From Thermoplasmata archaeon (lineage in GTDB: Archaea; Thermoplasmatota; Thermoplasmata; GCA-020350865): a stretch of DNA of 64,000 bases. The notes under the pieces are model-generated. The model was not told where the DNA came from. It did not search any database and worked only from the letters and a program-made list of their open reading frames with translations. A program made the position numbers and the translations under genes. How positions within the stretch are numbered: position 1 is the first letter of the stretch; the number at the start of each line of letters is the position of its first letter. The DNA lies in the NCBI GenBank assembly GCA_020348445.1, contig CP070751.1, forward strand, positions 2,712,750 through 2,776,749. Direction: 5' to 3'. This document shows positions 44,779 to 55,005 of this stretch, one piece after another.

Positions 44779-45959
44779 TCCTTTTTTTCATCCAGAACCT
44801 CTTTATAAACCTTCTCCAGCTTGTCCACCACTTTTGGCCAGGTAAAATTCTCCTTCACCCTTTTTCTTCCTGCCCTGCCCATGATTTTTCTCTTGTTCTC
44901 GTCCTTGAGTAACTCGATAATGGCATCTGCCAAGGCACCAGGGTTTCCGTATTCCACGAGCATGCCGGTTTTATGTTCGTCCAAAACCTCGGGAACTCCC
45001 CCCACTCTTGTTGCAACACAGGGTTTTTCACATGCCATGGCCTCCAGTAAAACCAGGCCAAAGGCCTCATATTCTGAGGGAAGAACAAAGACATCGCATG
45101 CAGAAAAGGCGCTTTTAAAAAGTTCATCATCTTTTATGTATCCTGTAAACAGCACTTCGTCACTTATTTTAAGCTTTACTGCCCTTTTCTCTAATCTCTT
45201 TCTTTCTCCCTCATCTTCACCCACCAGGACAAAGGTTGTGTCCTTTACCTGGGAAATGATTTGAGGCGCTGCGTCCATGAGATGATGAAGTCCCTTGTTC
45301 GAGGCTAATCTACCCGTGTAAAGTACGATTCTTCCATTGATGTTGTAGTAGTCCCTAAAGATATCGGGTGAAGGTATATTCTCGAACCTGTTAAAATCCA
45401 CGCCAGCGGGAATGATTCTAATCTTTTCATGGGGAATAGAAAATTCAGACAGCAGTCTTTGTTCATTTTTTGAATGACAGACAACGATATCAGGTGCATT
45501 GAGTATGGATTTGCCAAACATTTTATCATAAACTTTTCTCAGCTTTTTTCTTTTTTTACCGCCCCACATGCTCCATGAGGGATGAAAATGCGGTGTGATG
45601 ACCATGGGGATTTTCTTGAGTTTCTTGGTAAAGGCTCCTGCAGTGGTTTGGTAGTAACCATAGGAATGTGTATGGATGAGATCAGTTTCCTCTTTTAAAA
45701 GGGATTTTAACATGGATGAAATGAAGATATAATGCGCATCTCCCCCGAGAGAGTAGGATTTGAACCTTGTTACAGGAACACCATCATAGTTGGAGCTGGA
45801 TTTTTCAATTCGTACAAATGGTACCTCAGTATAAAGATCAGTTGTGAACACCTGTAAATCGTGTCCTCGGCTCATGAGCTCCTTTGATATGTGGTACACA
45901 TGATTTTCGGCTCCTCCTGGCCCTGGAGGAAAACGAATGCAGAGCTGTAAAATATTCAT
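44775..45959 (-). CDS. Glycosyltransferase family 4 (GT-B)
   Basis: PGPGGAENH, IHTHSY, GRLASNKG, VLPSEYEAFGLVLLEAMAC.KP.VATRVGGVPE. Confidence 0.93.
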   Translation of the reverse strand: MNILQLCIRFPPGPGGAENHVYHISKELMSRGHDLQVFTTDLYTEVPFVRIEKSSSNYDGVPVTRFKSYSLGGDAHYIFISSMLKSLLKEETDLIHTHSYGYYQTTAGAFTKKLKKIPMVITPHFHPSWSMWGGKKRKKLRKVYDKMFGKSILNAPDIVVCHSKNEQRLLSEFSIPHEKIRIIPAGVDFNRFENIPSPDIFRDYYNINGRIVLYTGRLASNKGLHHLMDAAPQIISQVKDTTFVLVGEDEGERKRLEKRAVKLKISDEVLFTGYIKDDELFKSAFSACDVFVLPSEYEAFGLVLLEAMACEKPCVATRVGGVPEVLDEHKTGMLVEYGNPGALADAIIELLKDENKRKIMGRAGRKRVKENFTWPKVVDKLEKVYKEVLDEKKD

Positions 45960-46075
45960 TTCATCACTTTTGAACTTCAACAGACAAACTGAAAATATCT
46001 ATGTCGATTTTAATGTTTTTCCCCCAAGTTCTAAAAACAGGCTAAAAAAGGATCCCTTTTATGGTAAAGAATGAA

Positions 46076-46594
46076 TTAGGAGACCAGTTCTGAACCTTTT
46101 TCTATAACGATTCTGCACGGGGTGGGCAGCTTCATACTGGCCCTTCTAAGGGCTTCTTTTGCCACTTTAAAATACGCTTTTGTGGTGGCTACGGAGATCA
46201 AGCTCTGGCCAACCTCCACCCGAGCTGCGGTCCCTACAGCCTTTCCAAAGGCACTTCTCATACCATCCGAGACCCTATCTGCCCCAGCACCTGTTGCCTG
46301 CTTATTCTCACGAAGAACAACGTTTGGATATATCCTGATCTTCAAATGGTAATTAATTGAGCCCGCTTTCTTGTTCAGATGCCTGACTGCTGCAATACGT
46401 GCAGCTTCCAAGGCATTATGCCTTATTTGGCATGCTTCCTCACCTTTTAAAGTGATCTTAAGTGGGAAATCCCCTCTGGGATTGCCCAAGTCGAACTGGG
46501 TTATCCTTGAGGCAGGAATGCCGCCCATATACTCCCGTCTCGTATATGCTTGACCTCTGATTTGCCTGTACATCCGCGCAGGTTTTCTTGACAC
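46076..46594 (-). CDS. rpl10e: 50S ribosomal protein L10e/uL16
   Basis: [54 protein letters not shown]; GTG start. Confidence 0.97.
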   Translation of the reverse strand: MSRKPARMYRQIRGQAYTRREYMGGIPASRITQFDLGNPRGDFPLKITLKGEEACQIRHNALEAARIAAVRHLNKKAGSINYHLKIRIYPNVVLRENKQATGAGADRVSDGMRSAFGKAVGTAARVEVGQSLISVATTKAYFKVAKEALRRASMKLPTPCRIVIEKGSELVS

Positions 46595-46769
46595 GCCATC
46601 ACCAATTCTAGATTTCGCAGGTGGCCACTAATGCGAAACCCCTTTATAACGATTTTGCTTTTACACTTAAAAATGGCCTTTATTCCTTATACAATCCCTC
46701 TAAGTGTAAATTATCATTAATGATTGTGATTACTCAATTTTTAAATACAAAGAGAGCGTTTGAAAATCG

Positions 46770-46919
46770 ATGACCAAAGAAGATGACAGTATGTGGAAGG
46801 ACTGTAACTGTATGAACTGCAGACTCGCCCGCATAGAAGATAATGTCAATAGAATAATTACCTATATAAATACGAAATTCGAAGATGCTCCCAAGGGTAC
46901 AACCGGACATCCACGTTGA
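46770..46919 (+). CDS. Putative small Cys-motif peptide (49 aa)
   Basis: MTKEDDSMWKDCNCMNCRLARIEDNVNRIITYINTKFEDAPKGTTGHPR*; TTTTAAAT box about 25-30 nt upstream suggests a leaderless transcript. Confidence 0.4.
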   Translation: MTKEDDSMWKDCNCMNCRLARIEDNVNRIITYINTKFEDAPKGTTGHPR

Positions 46920-47166
46920 ACAGATAAGGAAACATCTGCCGGTCAATTTCAAAAATGATGTATAATTATTTAATAAGATATTATCTATATGTATTATTAT
47001 ATAAGGGATGTTGTTTACTTTGATTCATTTTTTCTAAATTTATAGATGGAGAATTTAATAAACTTGGAGAGCGGGCTACCTATTTATTAAACATACAAAA
47101 AAAAAGCCAATTAAAGAGTCCCGAATTTCAGCAAATATTAAGTACACGGATATCTATGTTACACCC

Positions 47167-47328
47167 ATGGACCCGTTTTGGATTATGGTCTGTATACCTT
47201 TATTAGTGCTTGTGGCGATACTGGTTATTATTGGCATCGTCAAACTTATAAAAATGTTGATCATAGTGGGGATATTGCTTTTAATTTGCGCTGCGGCAGT
47301 TTTGTGGTACTTGGGCTATATACCGTAA
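47167..47328 (+). CDS. Small two-TM membrane protein (53 aa; missed by ORF track)
   Basis: MDPFWIMVCIPLLVLVAILVIIGIVKLIKMLIIVGILLLICAAAVLWYLGYIP*. Confidence 0.6.
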   Translation: MDPFWIMVCIPLLVLVAILVIIGIVKLIKMLIIVGILLLICAAAVLWYLGYIP

Positions 47329-47339
47329 TTGGTATCTTT

Positions 47340-47828
47340 TCAATGATCATTTTTTTCTAATGTCACTCCTTTTTGGCCCATATAGTTGCCTGATCTCTCT
47401 TCATATAATTTCTCTGGTAGGCTTTCCATCCTCTCGAAGATCATCTGTGCAAAGGTGTCCATGACTTTTATCTCCACAGGGTGATCGGAAGCATTAAAGG
47501 CTGATAAAGTCAAATTCCCCTCAAAACCTGCATCCACCTTTCCAAAGGAGCTTAAAATTCCGGATCTTGCATATGAAGTCCGAATCCAAAGTTGTGCTGT
47601 AATCTCCCCTCCCAGCTTTATATACTCCTTTGTACTTACCAAAAACCACCGCATTGCTGAAACACATGCAACCCCTTCGCAAACCTTCTCATTCAATTCT
47701 GGTATAAAGATCTCCTCTATTGTCAGATCATAGCCATTTGGAGTGAGATTTTTCTCCAAAAATGGTTCTATGTAGAGCTTCCCCTCCTTGATATGGTCTT
47801 TTATGTCCGAATCTGACAGTATTCCCAT
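47340..47828 (-). CDS. dcd: dCTP deaminase
   Basis: ILSDSDI, LTPNGYDL, RTSYARSG, KVDAGFEGNLTL, FAQMIF, Y.GQKGVT. Confidence 0.9.
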   Translation of the reverse strand: MGILSDSDIKDHIKEGKLYIEPFLEKNLTPNGYDLTIEEIFIPELNEKVCEGVACVSAMRWFLVSTKEYIKLGGEITAQLWIRTSYARSGILSSFGKVDAGFEGNLTLSAFNASDHPVEIKVMDTFAQMIFERMESLPEKLYEERSGNYMGQKGVTLEKNDH

Positions 47829-47851
47829 GAAAATCACTTACTTCAATCGTC

Positions 47852-48334
47852 TTAAAGTTTATATCCAATTTTTCTAAGAAATTCCTTCCTTGTCTTGCGC
47901 TGCTCCTCTTTTTCGATTCCTTTGGGTTTTTCCCCATCTATTACACCCAAAATTCCCCTGCCTCTTTCATTTTCTGCAACCACGACGTCCACCTTGTTTG
48001 CTGTTGCGCAGAATATAGAGCAAACCTCGGGTACATTCTTTAGGGCCCCCAAGACGTTGATCGGGTACGCCTCCTTCATTACTATTATGAATGTGTGCCC
48101 TGCCCCTATGTTCAATGCATTCTTTGCAGCTATTGATTTAAGCTCATCATCATTTCCCTCTACCCTCACCAGACATTCCATGGAGGCCTCGCAGAAAGCC
48201 ACTCCGAACTTAATACATGGTGCGGAGTTCACCAGGGCCTCATAAATGTCCTCTGCTGTTTTGATAAAATGCGTCTGGCCAATGATCACATTGGAATCTG
48301 GGGGCATTTCAACAGAAACCAGTTTTGTCTCCAT
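47852..48334 (-). CDS. Adenosine-specific kinase / DUF355-family protein
   Basis: NVIIGQTHFIKTAEDIYE, FCEAS, AGHTF, EVCSIFCATAN, RGILGVIDG. Confidence 0.85.
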   Translation of the reverse strand: METKLVSVEMPPDSNVIIGQTHFIKTAEDIYEALVNSAPCIKFGVAFCEASMECLVRVEGNDDELKSIAAKNALNIGAGHTFIIVMKEAYPINVLGALKNVPEVCSIFCATANKVDVVVAENERGRGILGVIDGEKPKGIEKEEQRKTRKEFLRKIGYKL

Positions 48335-48405
48335 ACAAACCACCTGCTCCTATCATTGGGTGTAAAACATTGGAGCTTTAAATAGGATGCGGTGAGATCA
48401 ATTTT

Positions 48406-49131
48406 CTATTTGAAGATTTCCCCAGTCTCCTTGTACCACAATAGAAGGTCCAAGTGGGCCATGGGAATTTTGATTCTTTCTGCATAATTTTTCATCTTTC
48501 CCTCTATCTCAAGGTATCTTTTTTTGGATAATGAAGATGGTACCTCCTTTATCACCCCTTGCAGCTTCATATTCTTTAAAATGTGCCTATCGAGAATTGC
48601 CAATTCCTCCCCAAATCCTATGTTTCTTAAAAAGTGGCTTGCCTCCTTGTATCCCATTCCCTTTATGTTGGCTACCAGCCATTCTCTTGTATCTATCGGA
48701 TTGTCAAATTCTGCTATTCTTTTTTTGATTTGGAGCTTTCCTTTTTGAGTGAATAACTTTCTTGCATCCACGATGTTTTCTGCCTTTGTGTTGTGGAATC
48801 TAACACTGCCCCTCAACTCCTTGGCAATCTGTGTTTTACTTCCTTTAAGAAGCAGTTCCTTTTCTAGGATGGTCCTTACTGCTAAGTCGCAGGATTTTGC
48901 CTTGGACTGGGGTGTTAAAAGACAGAATATGAGTTCTGCGAAGATGTCTTTCTCAGATCCTTTATCCCTTACTCTCTTAAATTCCCTTAGCCGTGATACA
49001 ATATCTTTTTCGATTGGTTGGTAAAGCTTTTCTATTTCTTTGATTGGATTTTTTTTTATTGGGGAACCTTTACCTTGCATCTTTTCGTCCGTCCTGTCTT
49101 TTTGGGTAATGAGCCTTAATGTCTTTTGCAT
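48406..49131 (-). CDS. ogg: 8-oxoguanine N-glycosylase/DNA lyase (HhH, OGG2 type)
   Basis: ELIFCLLTPQS, VRFHNTKA, REWLVANIKGMGYKEASHFLRNIG, ILDRHIL, LDLLLWY; start may be ATG 49080. Confidence 0.9.
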   Translation of the reverse strand: MQKTLRLITQKDRTDEKMQGKGSPIKKNPIKEIEKLYQPIEKDIVSRLREFKRVRDKGSEKDIFAELIFCLLTPQSKAKSCDLAVRTILEKELLLKGSKTQIAKELRGSVRFHNTKAENIVDARKLFTQKGKLQIKKRIAEFDNPIDTREWLVANIKGMGYKEASHFLRNIGFGEELAILDRHILKNMKLQGVIKEVPSSLSKKRYLEIEGKMKNYAERIKIPMAHLDLLLWYKETGEIFK

Positions 49132-49256
49132 ATCTGTATTTTGCGTTGGTTGGTCTTAAATTAGAAGGAAAAACAAAAACCTTTATTATAATCTTATATT
49201 ATTCACAATCCAAATTTACAGTCATTTTATGTGGGACTGATATGGGGGAGATACGT

Positions 49257-51140
49257 ATGAATAAGATGAAGATAACAGTTATTGGAGCAGGAACAATGGG
49301 TGCTGGGATTGCCCAGCGCGCATCCCAATCCGGATTTGCAGTTTCTTTGGTGGATGTAAAGGACGAGTTTTTGAAAAAGGGATTTGAAGGCATAGAAAAA
49401 ACCCTGAAAAAAGGAATTGAGCTGGGAAAGGTCACTGAAGAGCAGTCAAAAAGCATCATCGAAAACATAAAGGGCACCACTGAATTAAAGGAGGGTGCAG
49501 CTGATACCAATTTGGTAATCGAGGCCATCTTCGAAGATATGGAGGTAAAGAAAAAATTGTTTACCGAGCTAGATGAACTTTGTGACGACAGCGTGATATT
49601 TGCATCCAACACATCCTCTCTGAGCATAACAGAACTTGCCAAGGCTACAAAGCGGGAAGACAAATTTGGAGGCCTACACTTCTTCTATCCTGCCGCCATA
49701 AACAGGCTTGTTGAGGTAATAGCAGGTGAAAAAACGTCATCTGATACAGTTGACAAATTAATGGACATATCCCAGGCCCTGGGAAAAACACCGATTTTGG
49801 CAAAGGACGCACCTGGCTTTGCAGTAAACAGATTCTTTGTGCCCTGGCTAAACGAAGCCTGCAGGATGCTTGAAGACAATACAGCAAACATACCAACAAT
49901 TGACAAGGGTGCCAAGGATGCCTTTGGAATTGGTATGGGTCCATTTGAGCTGATGAATGCAACAGGCATTCCAATTGCATATCATTCCCAGGAGTCCCTG
50001 CACAAGGGATTAGGCGAATTCTACAAACCAAGTGAACGCCTTAAGGTTCAATTTGAATTAAATGAAACATGGGATATGACAGGTGAGATAAATGATAGTG
50101 CTCTGGGTACTGTTAAAAGACGTTTTTATGGTGTGGTGTTCGGAGTGGCATGCCAGCTTGCACAAGAAAAAGTGGCAAGCAAGGAGGATACAGATCGGGG
50201 GGCCACAATTGGCCTGAGATGGGCGCAGGGTCCTTTTGCATTGATGAACGAGGTGGGAATTCAGGAAGCCTATGACATGGTTAACAACATTGCAGAGATA
50301 TCAAATGGTACATTCAAGGTACCTGACCTTTTAAAGGAACAGGCTGAATCTAAAAAGCCCTGGGATCTTAAGACAGTTCGTGTGACAAAGGAGAACAAAA
50401 CCGCGATTATCACAATGGACAGACCAGAGGCCCTAAATGCGTTGAACTCCAAGGTACTCTCCGATTTAAGGGATATAATAAAACAGATCCAAAAGGATGA
50501 AGAAATCACAACTGTAATAATTACAGGCTCGGGTAAAGCCTTTGTTGCAGGTGCAGACATCAAGGAGATGATGGAGAAAAGTCCAATTGAAGCCAGGGAG
50601 TTCACATATCTGGGTCAGGCCGTACTCAAGGAACTGGAAGATCTGAATAAGCCTGTGATTGCAGCAGTAAATGGAGTTGCCCTTGGTGGAGGCTGTGAAC
50701 TAGCACTTGCATGCGACATAATCCTAGCCTCTGAAAAAGCGAGGCTGGGATTTCCCGAGGTGGGTTTGGGAATACATCCAGGTTTTGGAGGAACACAGCG
50801 ACTGCCAAGACTTGTGGGAAGGGCCAAGGCAAAGGAACTGATCTTCACCGCCGATATCTTGGACGCAAAGGAGGCGGAGCGAATAGGACTTGTTAACAGG
50901 GTGGTTGCACCTGATAAGCTTCTTGAGGAGGCAAGGGGGATTGCAAACAAGATATCAAGACAGGCACCTATTGCGATTCGTCTGGCAAAATCCGCAATAA
51001 ACAAAGGATGTGAAATGGATTTGGATACAGGATTGGCGTATGAGGTTGAATCTGTATCCATGGCCTTCTCCACAAAGGACAGCAAGGAGGGTATGTCTGC
51101 CTTTACAAAAAGAAGAAAACCAGAATTTGAAGGGAAATAA
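49257..51140 (+). CDS. 3-hydroxyacyl-CoA dehydrogenase / enoyl-CoA hydratase fusion
   Basis: VIGAGTMGAGIA, ASNTSSL, GLHFF, PGFAVNR; C-terminal crotonase RPEALNAL, FVAGADI, GGGCELALACD, PEVGLG. Confidence 0.93.
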   Translation: MNKMKITVIGAGTMGAGIAQRASQSGFAVSLVDVKDEFLKKGFEGIEKTLKKGIELGKVTEEQSKSIIENIKGTTELKEGAADTNLVIEAIFEDMEVKKKLFTELDELCDDSVIFASNTSSLSITELAKATKREDKFGGLHFFYPAAINRLVEVIAGEKTSSDTVDKLMDISQALGKTPILAKDAPGFAVNRFFVPWLNEACRMLEDNTANIPTIDKGAKDAFGIGMGPFELMNATGIPIAYHSQESLHKGLGEFYKPSERLKVQFELNETWDMTGEINDSALGTVKRRFYGVVFGVACQLAQEKVASKEDTDRGATIGLRWAQGPFALMNEVGIQEAYDMVNNIAEISNGTFKVPDLLKEQAESKKPWDLKTVRVTKENKTAIITMDRPEALNALNSKVLSDLRDIIKQIQKDEEITTVIITGSGKAFVAGADIKEMMEKSPIEAREFTYLGQAVLKELEDLNKPVIAAVNGVALGGGCELALACDIILASEKARLGFPEVGLGIHPGFGGTQRLPRLVGRAKAKELIFTADILDAKEAERIGLVNRVVAPDKLLEEARGIANKISRQAPIAIRLAKSAINKGCEMDLDTGLAYEVESVSMAFSTKDSKEGMSAFTKRRKPEFEGK

Positions 51141-51155
51141 GAGGAGGTATGATAT

Positions 51156-51632
51156 TTGGTAAAAATACTTGTTTGTTATTATTCGAGAAGTGGGAACACA
51201 AAGAGTATGGCCGAGTTCATTGCACAAGGGGCGCAAAGGGAAGGTGCAGAAGTTGACTTAAAGGAAGTCGAGAAAGTAGGGGCCGATGAACTTTTGGGAT
51301 ACGATGGTATCATATTTGGCTCACCAACGTACTACGGTACGTGTGCAGCTCCGATTAAGGAGTTGATCGATGAGAGCGTCAAGCTTCATGGAGAACTAAA
51401 TGGTAAAGTGGGAGGAGCCTTCTCATCCAGTGCAAACGTGGCAGGTGGAAACGAGACAACAATAATCAACATCCTTCAGATGCTCATGATTCACGGGATG
51501 ATAGTCAAGGGCGATCCCAGGGGTAGTCACTATGGACCCGTGTCCGTGGGCATACCTGATGAAAATGTCATAGAGGAGTGCAAAGCCTACGGCAGGAACA
51601 TAGCGAGCTTGACCAAGAAATTATTTGGGTGA
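51156..51632 (+). CDS. Flavodoxin-like / WrbA-type NAD(P)H-dependent oxidoreductase
   Basis: YYSRSGNT, FGSPTYYG, GGAFSS..GGNET. Confidence 0.85.
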   Translation: MVKILVCYYSRSGNTKSMAEFIAQGAQREGAEVDLKEVEKVGADELLGYDGIIFGSPTYYGTCAAPIKELIDESVKLHGELNGKVGGAFSSSANVAGGNETTIINILQMLMIHGMIVKGDPRGSHYGPVSVGIPDENVIEECKAYGRNIASLTKKLFG

Positions 51633-51636
51633 AAGT

Positions 51637-52158
51637 ATGTTTGAAAAAAGGGACTACCGTGTTTATCAGGGTGTGGATAGAGAGCAAATCTACCAGCAGG
51701 TTTGTGATTTCTGGACAAGGCAGGGCTTCTATGTTGCTCAGATTTCACCTTTTCATATTCAGGGGCACAGCTATCATCAAAAAATTGGATTGCGAAGGGA
51801 GTTTTTTCTGAGGATGAACGAACATGATGGTAACACCTACATAGACCTCCAACTGCAGGCAAGGATATCTGATGAGGGTCTCATCGGTGGAGCTGCAGCA
51901 GCCATTATATTTTGGCCTGTTGCTGTTGTGGGTGGAGCATTGTCATATTCAGAATATGAAAACGATGCCAACAATCTCATGATAAACTTTTGGGGCTTTG
52001 TAGATCAAATTACGAATATTAGAGGCACAATGTCCCAGGCACCCCAAGTTCCTTCCCCCCAACCTCAGCCTCAGGATACTATTCCATGTCAGGGATGTGG
52101 GGCAATACTGCTTAAAAATTGGAAGGCATGCCCATACTGCGGTGATGCTTTGGAATAA
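51637..52158 (+). CDS. Hypothetical protein with hydrophobic Gly/Ala hairpin and C-terminal zinc ribbon
   Basis: IGGAAAAIIFWPVAVVGGAL; CQGCG..CPYCG; GGTGA RBS. Confidence 0.7.
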   Translation: MFEKRDYRVYQGVDREQIYQQVCDFWTRQGFYVAQISPFHIQGHSYHQKIGLRREFFLRMNEHDGNTYIDLQLQARISDEGLIGGAAAAIIFWPVAVVGGALSYSEYENDANNLMINFWGFVDQITNIRGTMSQAPQVPSPQPQPQDTIPCQGCGAILLKNWKACPYCGDALE

Positions 52159-52204
52159 AATAGAGTATTAAAAGTATGGTCTATATATGATGTCTTGTTG
52201 AATA

Positions 52205-52813
52205 TCATGAATGTTTTTTAGCCTCTGTAATTCCAAGCTCGAAGGCTTTTATGTTCTCATCTACATACTTAATAGGCACATTCTGTTTGATCGTTTCTTT
52301 AATAGTCTCATAAGATACAGGAAAATCTGGACATGCACCCAAGATTGCCCCGAGCATGATCATGTTACTTACAATATTAGGCAATCCAGAATCTAACGTA
52401 ATTTTCTCAGCATCGAGTTTAATAAGTTTTTTAGGGTAGGCTGATAGAATGGACAATAAATCTTCTAAATTGGGGTATTCCTCATCACCAGAAGTCACAG
52501 TAAATGGATACACAGGATTTGTGCTGGTAACTACAGTGGTATTCTTTGAGGCCATATTTAGATGACGATATGTTTCCACAGGTTCCATACCTAAAATGAT
52601 ATCAGCCTCCCCTTCTCCGATCATGGGACTGTGGACATCACCTATGCGAATTGTGGACATAACCTGCCCTCCCCTTTGGGCCATGCCATGAATCTCGCTT
52701 TCCATGACATTCAAATTCGAGTCCAGTGCAGTTTCACCGAGGATCCTCGTGAGTAAAATTATGCCTTGACCGCCCACACCCACGATCACCAAGTTCGTGC
52801 ATTCCCCGGTCAT
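52205..52813 (-). CDS. iorB: Indolepyruvate ferredoxin oxidoreductase beta subunit
   Basis: GVGGQGII, SEIHGMAQRGGQV, NMIMLGA. Confidence 0.93.
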   Translation of the reverse strand: MTGECTNLVIVGVGGQGIILLTRILGETALDSNLNVMESEIHGMAQRGGQVMSTIRIGDVHSPMIGEGEADIILGMEPVETYRHLNMASKNTTVVTSTNPVYPFTVTSGDEEYPNLEDLLSILSAYPKKLIKLDAEKITLDSGLPNIVSNMIMLGAILGACPDFPVSYETIKETIKQNVPIKYVDENIKAFELGITEAKKHS

Positions 52814-54711
52814 TGCCCCTCCTCCTTTTCAGAAATCAGTTTTATGGAATTCGTGGGACAAACTTCTGCACACACCCCACAGCCAACACAGAGATTGGGA
52901 GAGATTCTGGGAAAATCATCCTCCCCTTTCCAGGATGCTGGGCATCCGAACTCGGAGGTGCAGGTATAGCACTTGATGCAAGTTTCATGGTTGACATAAT
53001 AGGGTACTATTTTTTCCCCTCTTCTTCTCTTTTGTCTTGTTTCTACCAATGCACATGGATGCCTTGATACTACCACAGAGAGTCCATTGTATGCGATGGC
53101 CTCTGAAAAGATGACGAGAGATTTCTTTAGATCGTACGGATCAATTAGAGATACAAAATCGACTCCGCAGCCCTTTACAACCTTAAATATATCGACTGCC
53201 TTGGCCTTGTCATCATTATCTTTGCGTTCTACACCAGGATGGGGCTGAAAACCTGTCATTGCAGTTGTGCTGTTATCAAGTATTGTCAAAACAAAATTGT
53301 GACCCTGGTGCACTGCATTAATCAAGCCTGGAATCCCAGCATGAAAGAAAGTAGAGTCCCCGATAAATGCAATCACATCCTGATCTGTGGCCTTGGAAAA
53401 TCCACAGGCTGTCCCCACACTTGAGCCCATGCATAAAACTATATCAGCAGTTTTTAGGGGGTGCTCAAACACCAATGTATAACAGCCTATATCCATGGGA
53501 TAAATGGTATCCTTTTTTGCCACCTTTTTTATTGCATATGCAGTGGCCCTATGAGGGCATCCAGGGCATAAGACAGGAGGACGCGAGGGCAGTTGCATTG
53601 GATTGATGGGAGCAAGCTCTACTTTAGAATCCTTTAATTGCATCATTGGTAGGTTCTTTTTAATCACCTTTACAATTCCCAATTCGACAATATCGGGAGT
53701 GTATTCATTTGTCCAAGGAAAATGTCCTGAGTCCTTTCCATATATATGTACCTGGATTTTATTCTCACCAGCAATTGATTTTATCTCATTTTCCAAATAG
53801 GGATCCAACTCCTCAAGAACGATTACATTATCAACACTCTTTAGAAAATCACAACACATCTTCTTTGGCATTGGATTTGTCATTCCCAATTTCAGAACCT
53901 TGGCTTGTACATCCAATTTCTTTAGAACATCCATTGCATAAGCATAGGAAACACCTGATGCTATAATTCCGAGCCTTGATTGCTTTTCTTTATTTGAAAT
54001 GAAGTTGAAGTTAGAGCTTTCACTTACCTCTTGTGCTGATTCCATTTTACATACAAGCAAGATATGGTTTTTTCGAGCAATTTCGGGAACCAGCATAAAC
54101 CTTGTGTGCTCCTTTTCAAATCGAGATTTCCCTTTCCCCCTTTTTATTTCTCCCAATGTAATTGGCGCCCTTGTATGGGCAACCCGCGTTGTGGTTCTCA
54201 AAAGAATGGGAAGCTTCAGTTCGTGGGATAACTCAAATCCACAAACTATCATGTCCTTTGCCTCTTGGGGTGAAGAAGGCTCAAGCATGGGTATATTGGC
54301 CAGCTTTGCATACCACCTGTTGTCCTGCTCATTTTGGCTTGAATGGGACCCGGGATCGTCTGCTGAGATTATCACATGAGCACCCCTGACGCCCACGTAA
54401 GCAAGGCTCACAAAGGCATCGGAGGCCACGTTGAGACCCACATGCTTCATGAAGGTCAGGGCATTCAAGCCTGAGATGGATGCCGCGATCCCTGATTCAA
54501 GTGCCACCTTCTCGTTTGCGGAGTATTCAAAATAAAGACCGGCTTTATCTGCGATCTGATAGAGGATATCGCCTATTTCAGATGAAGGTGTACCTGGATA
54601 AGTAGAGGCAAAGTCCACACCTGCTTCCAGGGCTCCTCTTACTATGGCCTCGTTTCCCAAGGCAAGGACTTTTTTTCCTTCCCCATCCATAATCCCCTTC
54701 ATTTTATGCAT
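52810..54711 (-). CDS. iorA: Indolepyruvate ferredoxin oxidoreductase alpha subunit
   Basis: LGNEAIVRGA, YPGTPSSE, NEKVA, MKHVGLNVA, SQNEQD, CPGCPH, DIGCY, IGDSTFFH, C-terminal ferredoxin motifs. Confidence 0.95.
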   Translation of the reverse strand: MHKMKGIMDGEGKKVLALGNEAIVRGALEAGVDFASTYPGTPSSEIGDILYQIADKAGLYFEYSANEKVALESGIAASISGLNALTFMKHVGLNVASDAFVSLAYVGVRGAHVIISADDPGSHSSQNEQDNRWYAKLANIPMLEPSSPQEAKDMIVCGFELSHELKLPILLRTTTRVAHTRAPITLGEIKRGKGKSRFEKEHTRFMLVPEIARKNHILLVCKMESAQEVSESSNFNFISNKEKQSRLGIIASGVSYAYAMDVLKKLDVQAKVLKLGMTNPMPKKMCCDFLKSVDNVIVLEELDPYLENEIKSIAGENKIQVHIYGKDSGHFPWTNEYTPDIVELGIVKVIKKNLPMMQLKDSKVELAPINPMQLPSRPPVLCPGCPHRATAYAIKKVAKKDTIYPMDIGCYTLVFEHPLKTADIVLCMGSSVGTACGFSKATDQDVIAFIGDSTFFHAGIPGLINAVHQGHNFVLTILDNSTTAMTGFQPHPGVERKDNDDKAKAVDIFKVVKGCGVDFVSLIDPYDLKKSLVIFSEAIAYNGLSVVVSRHPCALVETRQKRRRGEKIVPYYVNHETCIKCYTCTSEFGCPASWKGEDDFPRISPNLCVGCGVCAEVCPTNSIKLISEKEEGQ

Positions 54712-54764
54712 CCACCGAGGCTAGGTAATGCTTTTGGGTAAATAATATTTAGCTTCTCATTCTC

Positions 54765-54811
54765 ATGTAAATCATCGCCTCCTGGCCATATTATACTGCG
54801 ATGATTTACAT
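54765..54811. promoter_or_regulatory. 14-bp perfect inverted repeat in the divergent iorA/taw2 intergenic region
   Basis: ATGTAAATCATCGC (54765-54778) / GCGATGATTTACAT (54798-54811), 19-nt spacer. Confidence 0.6.
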
Positions 54812-55005
54812 AAGAGGATTATCGTATTCAATCAATCACCTAGATATATAAACTCACGATTATCAGTTAATCCCATTGAAGAGGGTTTATATGTTGAGGA
54901 TATTCGAGAATGAACGTTTTCCAAGATAGATGAGCCATCACAGATAAGCCTTGTCAAATCAATTCAGCCACATGTTTTTATAGAGGATAGTTCATTTGCG
55001 ACTTT

